Of a stretch of 60,463 nucleotides of DNA, positions 1 through 9,613 are shown piece after piece (position 1 is the stretch's first letter; each line of letters opens with the position of its first letter). The notes under the pieces were generated by a model, which worked only from the letters and a program-made list of their open reading frames with translations, ran no database searches and had not been told where the DNA came from. Origin of the DNA: a virus (taxonomy: Duplodnaviria > Caudoviricetes); the IMG/VR virus record IMGVR_UViG_3300030450_002177, positions 1 through 60,463 of that record; one strand, written 5' to 3'. A program made the translations under genes and the position numbers.

Positions 1-180
1 GTTATTGGCATAAAAAAATATCCTTATTCTTGGGATTATGAGGTGTCAGAAAAAATCATCGGTGAAGATGAAGGTCCTTATTACTTTGGTGCAAACAGAA
101 AGGTTTTGAGTCTTTTAACCTCAACAGATTCTAAGTATGCAAAAGAATGGAGAGATAAATGTTACAAGGAGGTGGCGTAA
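1..180 (+). CDS. C-terminal part of early hypothetical protein spanning the window junction (joins 60320..60463); DUF6927-like
   Basis: Frame 1 open to TAA 178-180; continues in frame from the 48 codons at 60320-60463; motif E-D-E-G-P-Y...L-L...A-K-E-W-R-x-x-C. Confidence 0.8.
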   Translation, partial: VIGIKKYPYSWDYEVSEKIIGEDEGPYYFGANRKVLSLLTSTDSKYAKEWRDKCYKEVA

Positions 181-542
181 TGGGAATACACGTTGATATT
201 TATATACAAAGAGAACATCCAGACGACTTGTTTTACGGAGAAGATTGCACAAATGGTGGTGAGTCTTCTTACGTCAAAGGGTTTTGTGTGACCAATGTGG
301 ATGGACCTTTCAATCCTTGTGAAGATTATCCAGCAGCAAAATTGATTAAACAAGAATTTGGGTTTGGGTGTTCTTTAAAAATAGTACCTGAGTCAAAATT
401 GGATATACATACCATGTTCGGTGGCAACTTTGCTTCTACTTCTGACTCAAGATTCGGCGACAAATGCAGAGAATTAATGGGTGAGGACATTGGCAATGTT
501 TACGGGTTAGGTCCTGTACCAATACACGACAGAGTAGAATAA
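180..542 (+). CDS. early hypothetical protein
   Basis: TAATG coupling with upstream stop; GGAGG SD; start revised from 159. Confidence 0.75.
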   Translation: MGIHVDIYIQREHPDDLFYGEDCTNGGESSYVKGFCVTNVDGPFNPCEDYPAAKLIKQEFGFGCSLKIVPESKLDIHTMFGGNFASTSDSRFGDKCRELMGEDIGNVYGLGPVPIHDRVE

Positions 543-556
543 AAAAAAGGAGGTGA

Positions 557-775
557 GTGATGTTTGATTACAAAAATATAGATATTGACACTTTTGAAGG
601 TGGAATACCAAGAGGACACGACTTAACAGTTTACGAAAAAGGCACTGATCCTGCTGAAACGGGTTGTGTTTTGTATGGTTTTGATGAGGTTGGGTTATAT
701 GACCTCATGTATAAAAAACCACAATATTGTTTTTACTGTTTTGACGATAACTATAAATTAAAGGAGGGTGAATAA
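557..775 (+). CDS. hypothetical protein
   Basis: AGGAGG SD, operon context. Confidence 0.7.
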   Translation: MMFDYKNIDIDTFEGGIPRGHDLTVYEKGTDPAETGCVLYGFDEVGLYDLMYKKPQYCFYCFDDNYKLKEGE

Positions 776-984
776 TGTTTGAAGTAATTAGTTATGACGA
801 GCATGGCAAAGAAGATAAAGCCATGGCAAAGAAACTTAAAGACGGATTTGCAAAAGTGTACGACAACATGTGCAAAGATTGTCTTGGGACTGGTAAGAGA
901 AAGATCACTTTCGAGGATTGCTTTGGTAATCCAATGCCAGAGAAAACTGTTTATTTAAAATGCAACTGTAAGGAGGCAACATGA
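775..984 (+). CDS. small Zn-finger-like protein
   Basis: CxxCxGxG ... CxC; TAATG coupling. Confidence 0.7.
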   Translation: MFEVISYDEHGKEDKAMAKKLKDGFAKVYDNMCKDCLGTGKRKITFEDCFGNPMPEKTVYLKCNCKEAT

Positions 985-1409
985 GCGCATTTTTAGTAAC
1001 ACCAGAGCATATCAGCGAAATAGTGAAGTATGCTAAAAAGAAAGATTTTAGTCACGCATACAACTGTTTCACTAAAGAGCATATTGACTGTGATCCTAAA
1101 AACATAGTCAAACTTTTAGCTCAAGCTAATATTGATAGCTTGGTCGCAAGATACGAAGAAGACCCTAAAGATTATGCCGATTTTGTGAATAAATGTTTAG
1201 ATAGTTTTTCTACCATTGGTCATGCTGATCTAGGCAGTGGTGATATTTACAACATGTTGTGTTGTTGGAATTATCAATCATGCGAGGTTAATAACTGGTA
1301 TGAAACCGATGCTTACTGGTTGCACGTTTATCTTAAAGATTGGGTTGCAAAAAAAATGGCTGACGGTGCCAAGATAGCTTGGGATTATGAAAAAAATAAG
1401 GAGAAATGA
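981..1409 (+). CDS. hypothetical protein
   Basis: AGGAGG SD, ATGA overlap. Confidence 0.75.
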   Translation: MSAFLVTPEHISEIVKYAKKKDFSHAYNCFTKEHIDCDPKNIVKLLAQANIDSLVARYEEDPKDYADFVNKCLDSFSTIGHADLGSGDIYNMLCCWNYQSCEVNNWYETDAYWLHVYLKDWVAKKMADGAKIAWDYEKNKEK

Positions 1410-1552
1410 TGAAAAAAAAGCTAAAAGTAAAAAGACTTAAAAGGCTCAATGCTCAAAATAAGATGTTCAAAAAGACAGGACATTGGAGTATTAGAAGTAT
1501 GGCTAATGCAAGTCTTAAAGAATCACAAGCTAACGACACGCTAACAATCTAA
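1406..1552 (+). CDS. small basic hypothetical protein (48 aa, not in ORF track)
   Basis: AGGAG SD, ATGA overlap. Confidence 0.5.
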   Translation: MMKKKLKVKRLKRLNAQNKMFKKTGHWSIRSMANASLKESQANDTLTI

Positions 1553-1576
1553 ATTGCCACATGATAAACTTATTGT

Positions 1577-2290
1577 GTGGCAGACGAATATCAATTAAAA
1601 AACTATCTTCTCTCTATGCAATCGCATTGGAGTATATCTCATAGTACCTATAACGCAGTACAAGAATCATTACCAATCATAGCTAAGTTCACTGGACAGG
1701 ACGGTGTTGGTAAGATGCAGAAGACACCTATCAATAAACAGCTAAAGAAGATACACCCTGACATCTACAAGATACCTCTATTCAGAAGACAGTTTTGTAA
1801 GATGTTGCTTGACGAGATCAAGAGCATTAATTTTGAAACCAACGAAGACGAAGATGAACTTAGACAGATACCTGAAATCGTTTTAAAAGAAAAGGTGCCT
1901 GAGCTACATCGCAACATGTGGTTTATCGTTAGGACGATATTAAATCCTATCTTCTTTTCTATCTGGCAACGCAACTGTGGAGATATAGCTTCTGTCCAAA
2001 TAGCTAATTACAATTTGAAAGACAAACAACAGGGCAACTGGCACCATGACGACTCTTCTGATATTAGTGTGGTGGTACCACTTAATACTGGTAAGTATCA
2101 AGGTGGTGGTACTGAGTTTCATAATTACGGTAAAGTCGATCCATTGCCTACAGGACACGCACTTATTTTTCCCAGCTTTACACAAATGCACCGAGGTCTG
2201 CCTGTAGAAATGGGAGACCGTTATTTGTTGGTCTTTTGGTTATACGATAGGAAACGAGTGCAGTGGTTTATAGAGAACGACTTACCATAG
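1577..2290 (+). CDS. 2OG-Fe(II) oxygenase (prolyl/lysyl hydroxylase-like)
   Basis: HxD (WHHDD), GGGTEF, distal H-R-G and R-Y-L-L-V-F-W. Confidence 0.85.
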   Translation: MADEYQLKNYLLSMQSHWSISHSTYNAVQESLPIIAKFTGQDGVGKMQKTPINKQLKKIHPDIYKIPLFRRQFCKMLLDEIKSINFETNEDEDELRQIPEIVLKEKVPELHRNMWFIVRTILNPIFFSIWQRNCGDIASVQIANYNLKDKQQGNWHHDDSSDISVVVPLNTGKYQGGGTEFHNYGKVDPLPTGHALIFPSFTQMHRGLPVEMGDRYLLVFWLYDRKRVQWFIENDLP

Positions 2291-3061
2291 ATCGGTTAAC
2301 TCTACTACCTGTGTTCCTTTGACGTTATAAGGAAGATACTCACCAGATTTTTCTGCTTCTAGCAGTGCATGTAATGCTTGTTCGTTTTTAGCCTGTCCAT
2401 ACTTGATGGCTTCGTCTGACATTTCATACACAACGTAAGGATAAGGTTGTGCTTTTTCCTGTGCCAAAAAGGAAAAGCCTTCTATTGGTAAACCAACGGC
2501 ACGACACGCATCAATGTATAAAGATGCTTGCATGTGGTAACGAAAGCTATTAATAGCCGTTTTAAAGCCCCTAGGAGACGCATCACGACACGTTTTTAAA
2601 TCCCATACCCTCTTACCATCATACCAGTCTAAACGTGACTTAAATGGCTGTCCATGTAGCTGATAGCACAAAGTCAGCTCTGTCTTATCATTCTCTCCAT
2701 CTGGTATTAAGTGCGCTATTGTCTCTCTGCGCTCCATACAGACATCGTAAAGCGTTTCTGGTATAGGGGTTAGGTTGCCTACCTGTTCTTTAAATTCAGC
2801 GTATGCTGCCTTACCATCTTTCGTTCTACGGTCTAATTTGGGCTCTATAATGAACTCTTTATCAAAATTGTGTAGCTCTAAAAATACTGTGTGTTGAACT
2901 CGACCTTCTAACAAAGCTGGTGATTCCTCAAAACCTTCTTTGTTTTTCCAGCTGTAAATACATTTATCTACATCTTTTAAATCAGACGCTCTGTACGCTG
3001 GTATCTCGTTGTAATCTTCAAATGGCATGTCTTCATACACACCTTCTTTAAATTCTTTCAT
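2282..3061 (-). CDS. PD-(D/E)XK exonuclease, RecE/ExoVIII (DUF3799)-like
   Basis: KSRLD...DLKT, YxxQxxxY, QEK..PY motifs. Confidence 0.85.
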   Translation of the reverse strand: MKEFKEGVYEDMPFEDYNEIPAYRASDLKDVDKCIYSWKNKEGFEESPALLEGRVQHTVFLELHNFDKEFIIEPKLDRRTKDGKAAYAEFKEQVGNLTPIPETLYDVCMERRETIAHLIPDGENDKTELTLCYQLHGQPFKSRLDWYDGKRVWDLKTCRDASPRGFKTAINSFRYHMQASLYIDACRAVGLPIEGFSFLAQEKAQPYPYVVYEMSDEAIKYGQAKNEQALHALLEAEKSGEYLPYNVKGTQVVELTDLW

Positions 3062-3073
3062 TTATATCCTCTT

Positions 3074-3796
3074 TTAATAAGCACCAGAATAAATTTCTTT
3101 GCTCTCTTGTTCGTCAGGTTCTTCTGGAACATCCCAACAGTTTATATTGCCAGCCACGGTTCTACGCTCACCTTCACCAAAGAAAGGATAGACGCTGTGC
3201 TGTAGCCAAGAAGGAAACAGTAGTAGCTTTCCTACCTCTGGTCTAACTATTCTTGACTGTGAAGGTCTGAGACGCTCAGGGTCTAATATCTGATTCAATC
3301 CATAAACGAAGTTTAAGTAGCCGTTTACGGCTCCTGATGAATTGTATAAATCAGCGTTCTTACCTAACTCTGCTATCTGTGGTGGCACCATAGTCCATGT
3401 GGTGAATGAAATTCCCATCAGCGAAGATGTTGCATGGTCATGGATAGGATTAAAGTCACCTTCATAGCTATGCACTGACCAAAGATCATCTATATTAATG
3501 TGCTTGGGTTTAACATTAGCTCCCACCATTTTCACAAATTGCTGAATGTAATTCACTGCCAGCGTTTCGACCAATCTTACAAATGGTTTTAATTCTTCTG
3601 TTTTGTAGTCCATGAACAGTTGCTCGCCTTGGTTTATTTGACCAACCAAGTAATCGCCATGCGACTTTTTATTAACGTCTTTCTTTAATTTGTTTAGGTA
3701 TTCGTTTAAAGAGTTAACCATCTGCTCAGTTAGCTGGTGCTCTAACATAAGGGCAGAAGGTAATGGGTAAACTGTGTACTTTATTCCTTCACTCAA
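3074..3796 (-). CDS. putative 2OG-Fe(II) oxygenase (TIGR02466-like)
   Basis: WSVH...NPIHDH, FPSWLQHSVYPF, ERRTVAGN; paralog of 28073..28780. Confidence 0.8.
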   Translation of the reverse strand: MSEGIKYTVYPLPSALMLEHQLTEQMVNSLNEYLNKLKKDVNKKSHGDYLVGQINQGEQLFMDYKTEELKPFVRLVETLAVNYIQQFVKMVGANVKPKHINIDDLWSVHSYEGDFNPIHDHATSSLMGISFTTWTMVPPQIAELGKNADLYNSSGAVNGYLNFVYGLNQILDPERLRPSQSRIVRPEVGKLLLFPSWLQHSVYPFFGEGERRTVAGNINCWDVPEEPDEQESKEIYSGAY

Positions 3797-3817
3797 GATT
3801 TTAGCTCCTTCTTTCGA

Positions 3818-4096
3818 CTACTCAATGAACTTCTCTGCCTCTGTCATCAGGTCCTTTTCAAACTGTGTGTCTTGCCTTTGTATTTCTTCTATAAGCTTAC
3901 TGATATACCACTGATGCTTCTTTAAATCTTCTATCTCTTTACCTTTGTATTTGAACCTATGCAAATACTTGATGGCTGCACCCTCCAGATAATATCTGTA
4001 GGCTTCACCTAGCTGTTGTTTGATGTAATCAATACACTCAACCTCACTGGATGTATAGTGAGGTGGTGCATTGACTAAATCTATTGAATCACTCAT
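3818..4096 (-). CDS. DUF3310 family protein
   Basis: VNxPxHY, ECID, KYLxR.KxKG..EDLKKxxWY. Confidence 0.85.
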   Translation of the reverse strand: MSDSIDLVNAPPHYTSSEVECIDYIKQQLGEAYRYYLEGAAIKYLHRFKYKGKEIEDLKKHQWYISKLIEEIQRQDTQFEKDLMTEAEKFIE

Positions 4097-4123
4097 TTTT
4101 TCTTGTGTCCTATATCTTTAAAC

Positions 4124-4182
4124 TTCCTTGGGCGACTCTTGGAGGTGTATAAGTGTGATGATAAACCGAGCCACCCTTGGAA
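4124..4182 (-). ncRNA. candidate antisense hairpin RNA in the SSB operon
   Basis: Stem UUCC-AA-GGGUGGCUC/GAGUCGCCC-AA-GGAA pairs fully only on the minus strand (2 G-U); 29-nt loop complementary to early leaders. Confidence 0.6.
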
Positions 4183-4183
4183 A

Positions 4184-4846
4184 TCAAAAGGGAATGTCGT
4201 CATTCTCCTTTTTATCGTTGGCTAAGTCAGCCAACCCTTCTCCCCCAGAAGAAGTTTCTTCTACGTCATCGTCACCTTTAGCAGCCAACAATTCAAAACT
4301 TTCTTCAATCAAAGTTTGTTGCCACTCAGGTAATGAGTCAAATACATCGCACATTTCTTTAGTTTCCTTTGATGTGTTGCCATTGAACTCATCGCAATAA
4401 ATTTTAAGATCAAAAATGATTGGTTCATTTTGTGTAGCTGTCTTTTTAAAATCATCTGGTTTAAATATGGCTTTAATTCTTGCCCTTTCATTAACGTGCT
4501 CTACTTCTAAAGTAGCTGGAGCGCCTATCATCTTGTCTATTTCAAAACCCTCAAGCTCTTCCTTAGTAAAGGAAGTTCCACGCCACGTTACTAGGTCTTT
4601 GTACAAAGTAGCGTTCTCGTTCAAAGAAACCGTATAAGTTTTAGATATGCTCATGGGTCTACCGTCTGCCATTTTTTCTGAAGGTATTTCCCAAGACACA
4701 TTTAATGTATGTCTTTTTTTCTTAGGATTGTCTTTGAACTGTTCCTCTCTTGTACCTTGGTCAACGATTTTATAACACACTGCTGTGTATTTACCTTCTG
4801 GTAATGGTTCAAAGTCGCCACCACTTGCTGTTATTTTTATACTCAC
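4184..4846 (-). CDS. single-stranded DNA-binding/replication protein
   Basis: PEGxY..C..D-G-T N-terminus, acidic tail ending DDIPF, replication module context. Confidence 0.75.
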   Translation of the reverse strand: MSIKITASGGDFEPLPEGKYTAVCYKIVDQGTREEQFKDNPKKKRHTLNVSWEIPSEKMADGRPMSISKTYTVSLNENATLYKDLVTWRGTSFTKEELEGFEIDKMIGAPATLEVEHVNERARIKAIFKPDDFKKTATQNEPIIFDLKIYCDEFNGNTSKETKEMCDVFDSLPEWQQTLIEESFELLAAKGDDDVEETSSGGEGLADLANDKKENDDIPF

Positions 4847-4894
4847 AATATTTCCTCCATTTTTTGATTTGATTTAATTGTAAATTAGTGTAGG

Positions 4895-4922
4895 ATTATA
4901 CAGTTTTTTATAAATATAGCAA
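4895..4922 (-). promoter_or_regulatory. sigma70-like promoter for SSB-DUF3310-oxygenase-RecE operon
   Basis: TTGCTA-16-TATAAT on minus strand in divergent intergenic region. Confidence 0.55.
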
Positions 4923-4937
4923 TAGTGAGATACGACC

Positions 4938-7091
4938 TTGAAAATAAGCAGACCAAACACCAAAAACTTTGACCGACCTTTAACCTCAGATTACCAAGCA
5001 CAATTTTTAAGTTTCATGCAAGAACAAGGCATGGAGCCTGACCCGAAAACAGGATTGGTGTTTGACGGAAGTATCGGAAGAGCTTACGTCAATCTTGGTG
5101 GTGAAAGAAAGCTGTCTGGTTGGTACCAGCTCTGGATAGAGCAAAGTGTCCCCTTTGGTCGAGTGGGAGACTATCGTATCTCCATGGACCAACCGACAGC
5201 GATCTGGAAACCAGAAAATAGGAAGCGCCAGACCATTACTAAAGCAGAACGTGAAGAGATAGAGCGTTTACAAAAAGAAGTAGAGATTAAAAAGGCTGCT
5301 AAATACAGTAAAGCTGCTAAACGTGCTCAAGGTATATGGGATGGTGCTGCGCCTTGTGAGCGTCATGCTTATTTAGAGCGCAAACAAGTATTGTCTTATG
5401 GTTTACGTCAAGACGAAAAAGGTTTGCTAATGATTCCATTGTTGGACATCAATCTATCGGTGGTAGGTCTACAATATATTAATGACGATGGCACCAAGCG
5501 TTTCCTCACTGGTTCTAAAAAAAGTGGTAGCTTTTTTATATTAGGTCAAGAGATACTCAAGTCGGCAGACACCATTTATTACGCAGAAGGTTACGCTACG
5601 GCTGCTTCTATACATAAAGACATGTCTTTACCTGTCTTTGTCGCTTTCGATGCTTACAACCTGTCTGCTGTAGCAGAAACCGTCTTTGAAACACTGAAAG
5701 ACCGTAAGCATATTTTTATAGCAGACAACGATGACAGTCAAACGGGTGAAAAGGAAGCCGTTAAAGCCTGTAAATGGATCACTAAGAACAAAGGTGTGGC
5801 TGAGGTGCACATGCCTGAAACAAAAGGCGATTACAACGACCATAGGGTGGTCAGTGGCGAAGTATTGCCTGCCCTACAGAATATCGATGTCCCCACAGAA
5901 GTCGATTTTACAAAATCTGAGAAAGGACGTATGTTGAACATTAAAGACAATGTATTGGGAGTTATGAAGACGCACAGTATTGATTGCAATTACAACGTCA
6001 TTAAGAAAAGAATGGAAATAGACATACCAAACACATCATTTATCGCTGACATGAAAGAAGAAGCAAGTTTGGTGGAAATAGAAGATCGCTGTATCAAGAT
6101 GGGTGTCCCACATACTCGAGTTAGAGATTATTTGAAGGTTTTGGCTAATGAATACAATCCTGTGGTTGAATGGATAGACAGCGAGCCTTGGGACGGCGCT
6201 TCACGGCTACAGGACTTCCTAGATACGATCACTTCCAGCACACCCACAGCTCTGAAAGACATGTTGCTCAAGAAATGGTTAATTTCCTGTGTGGCAGCTG
6301 CTTATGAGCCCAAGGGTGTCGAATTAGAAGGCATATTAGTGTTCCAAGGTGCTCAAGGTTTAGGTAAAACGCTTTGGTTTAAAAGACTGTGCGATTACAA
6401 CAAAGGATGGCTATTGGAAGGTGCAACGCTGAACCCAAGTGATAAGGACAGCGTGAAAAGGGCAGTCAGCCACTGGATAGTCGAACTCGGAGAGATTGAA
6501 TCCACCTTTAAGAAGAGTGATATAGACCAATTAAAGGCATTTGTGACGGCGAAGACAGACGAATTGAGGCTACCCTATGATAGAGCCTTCACAACGTATC
6601 AACGGCGCACAGCGTTCTACGCTAGTGTTAACGCAAGAGAATTTCTTACTGATAGTTCTGGGAATCGAAGATTCTGGTGTATTTCAGTCACTGACATCAA
6701 CGTGAATCACGGTATCGACATGCAACAACTGTGGGCTGAGGTAAAAGAGACTTTGTATGTACAAGGGCAGAAGAACTGGTTTTTAAGCCCCGATGAGCGT
6801 GAGCTGTTGCAAGATAGTAACGAAGGCTACCGTACCCAGTCCAGTGTCGAAGACTTGTTGCTGCAACACGTTAACTTTGGTAGCGAACACACAAAGCCTG
6901 TACAGATGACTAAGCTGTTGCGAGACTTAGGGATTGGAAATCCGAGGATGCCCGATTTTAAAGACGCAGCGAGGGTGCTCTTTGAGCGAGGGGTGGAACC
7001 CAGACGCTCCAATGGAAAGAAAGTCTACGATATAGATTACGACACGCCACAAGACGACATGCCAACCACTAACTACGGAGGGTTTGATTGA
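4938..7091 (+). CDS. primase-helicase (TOPRIM + VapE/VirE-like P-loop)
   Basis: AEGYATA, ADND, DYND; Walker A GAQGLGKT, WIVELGE, RLPY, GNRRF. Confidence 0.9.
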   Translation: MKISRPNTKNFDRPLTSDYQAQFLSFMQEQGMEPDPKTGLVFDGSIGRAYVNLGGERKLSGWYQLWIEQSVPFGRVGDYRISMDQPTAIWKPENRKRQTITKAEREEIERLQKEVEIKKAAKYSKAAKRAQGIWDGAAPCERHAYLERKQVLSYGLRQDEKGLLMIPLLDINLSVVGLQYINDDGTKRFLTGSKKSGSFFILGQEILKSADTIYYAEGYATAASIHKDMSLPVFVAFDAYNLSAVAETVFETLKDRKHIFIADNDDSQTGEKEAVKACKWITKNKGVAEVHMPETKGDYNDHRVVSGEVLPALQNIDVPTEVDFTKSEKGRMLNIKDNVLGVMKTHSIDCNYNVIKKRMEIDIPNTSFIADMKEEASLVEIEDRCIKMGVPHTRVRDYLKVLANEYNPVVEWIDSEPWDGASRLQDFLDTITSSTPTALKDMLLKKWLISCVAAAYEPKGVELEGILVFQGAQGLGKTLWFKRLCDYNKGWLLEGATLNPSDKDSVKRAVSHWIVELGEIESTFKKSDIDQLKAFVTAKTDELRLPYDRAFTTYQRRTAFYASVNAREFLTDSSGNRRFWCISVTDINVNHGIDMQQLWAEVKETLYVQGQKNWFLSPDERELLQDSNEGYRTQSSVEDLLLQHVNFGSEHTKPVQMTKLLRDLGIGNPRMPDFKDAARVLFERGVEPRRSNGKKVYDIDYDTPQDDMPTTNYGGFD

Positions 7092-7339
7092 TGAGTAAGG
7101 ACAAACAAAAAGAGTTTTTTGCAAAGTGTGAAGATGAGTGGAATGGTATGCCAGAATTTGTACAAGAAGATTTAAGACCTTGGCATCAGGTTAATGTGCG
7201 ATTCAGAAACCAAGAAGACTTTGACAAATTTAAAGTATTAATGGAACAGGAAATTACGCCAAAACAAAAAACTTTATGGTTTCCACACGCACCCTTTCGT
7301 AGAGCTGCTAAATACAAATACATTGATGATGAATCCTAG
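7088..7339 (+). CDS. small partner of TAGT-like glycosyltransferase
   Basis: W.GMPEF.QE...LWFP; overlaps downstream GT gene. Confidence 0.65.
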   Translation: MMSKDKQKEFFAKCEDEWNGMPEFVQEDLRPWHQVNVRFRNQEDFDKFKVLMEQEITPKQKTLWFPHAPFRRAAKYKYIDDES

Positions 7340-8192
7340 CTATCCGATCTATATAGTTTCTAAAGGAAGATGGGAAACAAGACACACAAGCAAGGCTTTA
7401 GAGCTTATGTCTGTTCCTTACCGTATTGTCGTTGAAGAACAGGAATACGATAACTATGCTTCTGTTATAGATTCAAAAAAGGTGTTGGTGTTGCCCAAGC
7501 ACTACCTAAACGAATATGAAACTTGCGATGATCTTGGTGACAGTAAAAGCAAAGGACCGGGGGCTGCTAGAAACTTTGTATGGGATCATTCAGTAGAATT
7601 AGGTGCAAAACGTCATTGGGTTATGGATGACAACATCGCTTCTTTTAATAGATTGAATCGCAATTTGATGTGCAAAGTTACCAGTGGCACTATATTGAAA
7701 GCAGCTGAAGATTTCGTGGACCGATACGAAAATGTCTATCTGGCTGGACTCAACTACGATTTTTTTGCGAAAGCCAAAGAACCTCTGCCACCTTTTGTAA
7801 AAAACACACGCATCTACTCGGTGCTGCTAATAAAAAACGATATACCTTATCGTTGGCGAGGTCGTTATAACGAAGATACCGACTTATCGTTGAGAGTTCT
7901 GAAAGATGGGCACTGTACAGTGCAATTCAACGCTTTTTTGCAGGAAAAGAACACCACGCAAAAAGTTAAAGGTGGGAACACAGAAGAGTTCTATGCTAAA
8001 GAAGGCACATTGCCTAAGTCAGAAATGATTGCGAAGCTACACCCAGATGTGGCGAAGGTTGCGTGGCGTTTCAATAGATGGCATCACTACGTTAACTACA
8101 GACCTTTTAAAAATAACCGATTTATAAAAAAAGAAGGATTGGATATTCCCGTGGGGCATAATAATTATGGTATGAGGTTGGTGGAAGTATGA
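7323..8192 (+). CDS. DNA-modifying glycosyltransferase (TAGT/GREB1-like)
   Basis: YPIYIVSKGR, ARN, MDDN, WRGRYNEDTD, KGGNT motifs. Confidence 0.8.
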   Translation: MMMNPSYPIYIVSKGRWETRHTSKALELMSVPYRIVVEEQEYDNYASVIDSKKVLVLPKHYLNEYETCDDLGDSKSKGPGAARNFVWDHSVELGAKRHWVMDDNIASFNRLNRNLMCKVTSGTILKAAEDFVDRYENVYLAGLNYDFFAKAKEPLPPFVKNTRIYSVLLIKNDIPYRWRGRYNEDTDLSLRVLKDGHCTVQFNAFLQEKNTTQKVKGGNTEEFYAKEGTLPKSEMIAKLHPDVAKVAWRFNRWHHYVNYRPFKNNRFIKKEGLDIPVGHNNYGMRLVEV

Positions 8193-8347
8193 ACAGAATT
8201 AAAGAATGGCTAACGGTGTGGATGTATATAACAATGCTGGGCTTGGGCTTGGTCATAGTCGCAGTCCTCATGCCATTTTTCGCAGCGCACAAAATGATGG
8301 TGGCAGCCAAAGATTGGTGGTTATTTAACAAAAAGGAGAAGAGATGA
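8189..8347 (+). CDS. small membrane protein (52 aa, not in track)
   Basis: ATGA overlaps at both ends, one hydrophobic helix. Confidence 0.55.
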   Translation: MNRIKEWLTVWMYITMLGLGLVIVAVLMPFFAAHKMMVAAKDWWLFNKKEKR

Positions 8348-8490
8348 AGTGTTGGCATTGTAATACAAAATTAATATGGGGCGCAGACCACGACAGCGAA
8401 GATGAGGATTGGTCTATTGAAACTACCTTAAATTGTCCCAAGTGCGACTCAATGGTAAGGGTTTACTATCCACGAAGGGACGATGATTGA
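8344..8490 (+). CDS. Zn-ribbon protein (48 aa, not in track)
   Basis: MKCWHC...CPKC, AGGAG SD. Confidence 0.7.
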   Translation: MKCWHCNTKLIWGADHDSEDEDWSIETTLNCPKCDSMVRVYYPRRDDD

Positions 8491-8698
8491 TAAGACAGTG
8501 GCGAAGGAGGCGACTTTTGACGTAGGCATAGGGTTTGCGCTGTCCTTTCCTGTGGCGTTCACTGTGCTGACCTTCACAACAGCTGCTGACCTATCGGTGA
8601 CGACAACGGCGATGGTGCAAACAGGTGTATTCACTTTCATTGCACTGTTACGAAAATACTACGTCAGGCTGTTTTTTAAGAAGAACGACAGGAAATAA
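8483..8698 (+). CDS. small two-TM membrane protein
   Basis: two hydrophobic segments, RxYxxRxxF tail. Confidence 0.65.
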   Translation: MIDKTVAKEATFDVGIGFALSFPVAFTVLTFTTAADLSVTTTAMVQTGVFTFIALLRKYYVRLFFKKNDRK

Positions 8699-8920
8699 GG
8701 GTAAAGTGCATGAAACAGGGTGAGGTAAAGGTTAAGGTACACTGTAAAGAAAACCAAGTAAATAAAGGGTTTTCTCTTATAGGTAGTGTTAGGTATATAC
8801 TTATAATAATAATAAATATATATAGTAGTATAACGGTATAAATGGGCGTTTATAAGGGTTTAGTATTGGGTATAAATAAACTATCATACACTGCACACTG
8901 TACACTTTTGGTTTAAATGG
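8699..8920. other. candidate replication origin
   Basis: non-coding, AGGGT/AAGGT repeats, AT-rich core, CACTG repeats, downstream of primase operon. Confidence 0.4.
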
Positions 8921-8932
8921 GAGGACATAACA

Positions 8933-9100
8933 ATGGATATGAAGAAAGCTGAAGAGAAATGGCGCAAGAGTTGCCCCGATGAGGTTCGTGGTCTTGTTAA
9001 AAGAAATAGCTTACCCAAGAGGTGGAGGATGAAGCTAGAAGCCCACAACAATAAAAAGAAAACAACGAGAGTCTTTGGTAGAATAAAACCAACAAAGTAA
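8933..9100 (+). CDS. small basic protein (55 aa, not in track)
   Basis: GGAGGA SD; ends 3 nt before terS. Confidence 0.55.
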   Translation: MDMKKAEEKWRKSCPDEVRGLVKRNSLPKRWRMKLEAHNNKKKTTRVFGRIKPTK

Positions 9101-9103
9101 AAC

Positions 9104-9613
9104 ATGGCAAGACCAAAGAAAGAAAGACCTAAGCTAATCGATGCTCCTGCTCAATTTGAGAAGGACGAAGAGTTTGGTTTGACAGAGATGCAGACAGCTT
9201 TCGTGTGGTATTACACAGAAGGGTCGTGTAGTCAGACTGAAGCAGCTAGACGAGCTGGTTACGAATACCCAGCAGTAGCAGCTAACAAGATGCTAAACGG
9301 TAAAGACTTTCCTAGCGTTACCAAAGCCATACGAGTCAAGCAAGATGAGTTAGCTGAGAAGTATGCGATAACTCCAGCCAAGACTGGTACGATGTTGTGG
9401 AAGATCACCGAGACTGCATACGAGAGTGGACAGCTCAACGCAGCTGTGTCAGCCATTAAAGAGCTCAATCAATTAGCTGGTTTAAACATCAGTAGATCGC
9501 AAAGCGTTAACATAAATGCGAACTTAGATACGATGAGTAAGGACGACATCAAGGAGAGATTGTCCAAGCTATTAGGCGCAGATGTGGAGACTTATTCCGA
9601 TAAAGATATGTAG
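9104..9613 (+). CDS. terS: terminase small subunit
   Basis: LTxxQxxFV..Y....SQTEAARRAGY HTH; AAVSAIKELxxLxG. Confidence 0.8.
   Translation: MARPKKERPKLIDAPAQFEKDEEFGLTEMQTAFVWYYTEGSCSQTEAARRAGYEYPAVAANKMLNGKDFPSVTKAIRVKQDELAEKYAITPAKTGTMLWKITETAYESGQLNAAVSAIKELNQLAGLNISRSQSVNINANLDTMSKDDIKERLSKLLGADVETYSDKDM

Noticed and set aside
1577-2290. TET/JBP dioxygenase call
   Set aside because: Motif spacing fits prolyl/lysyl hydroxylase-like enzymes better
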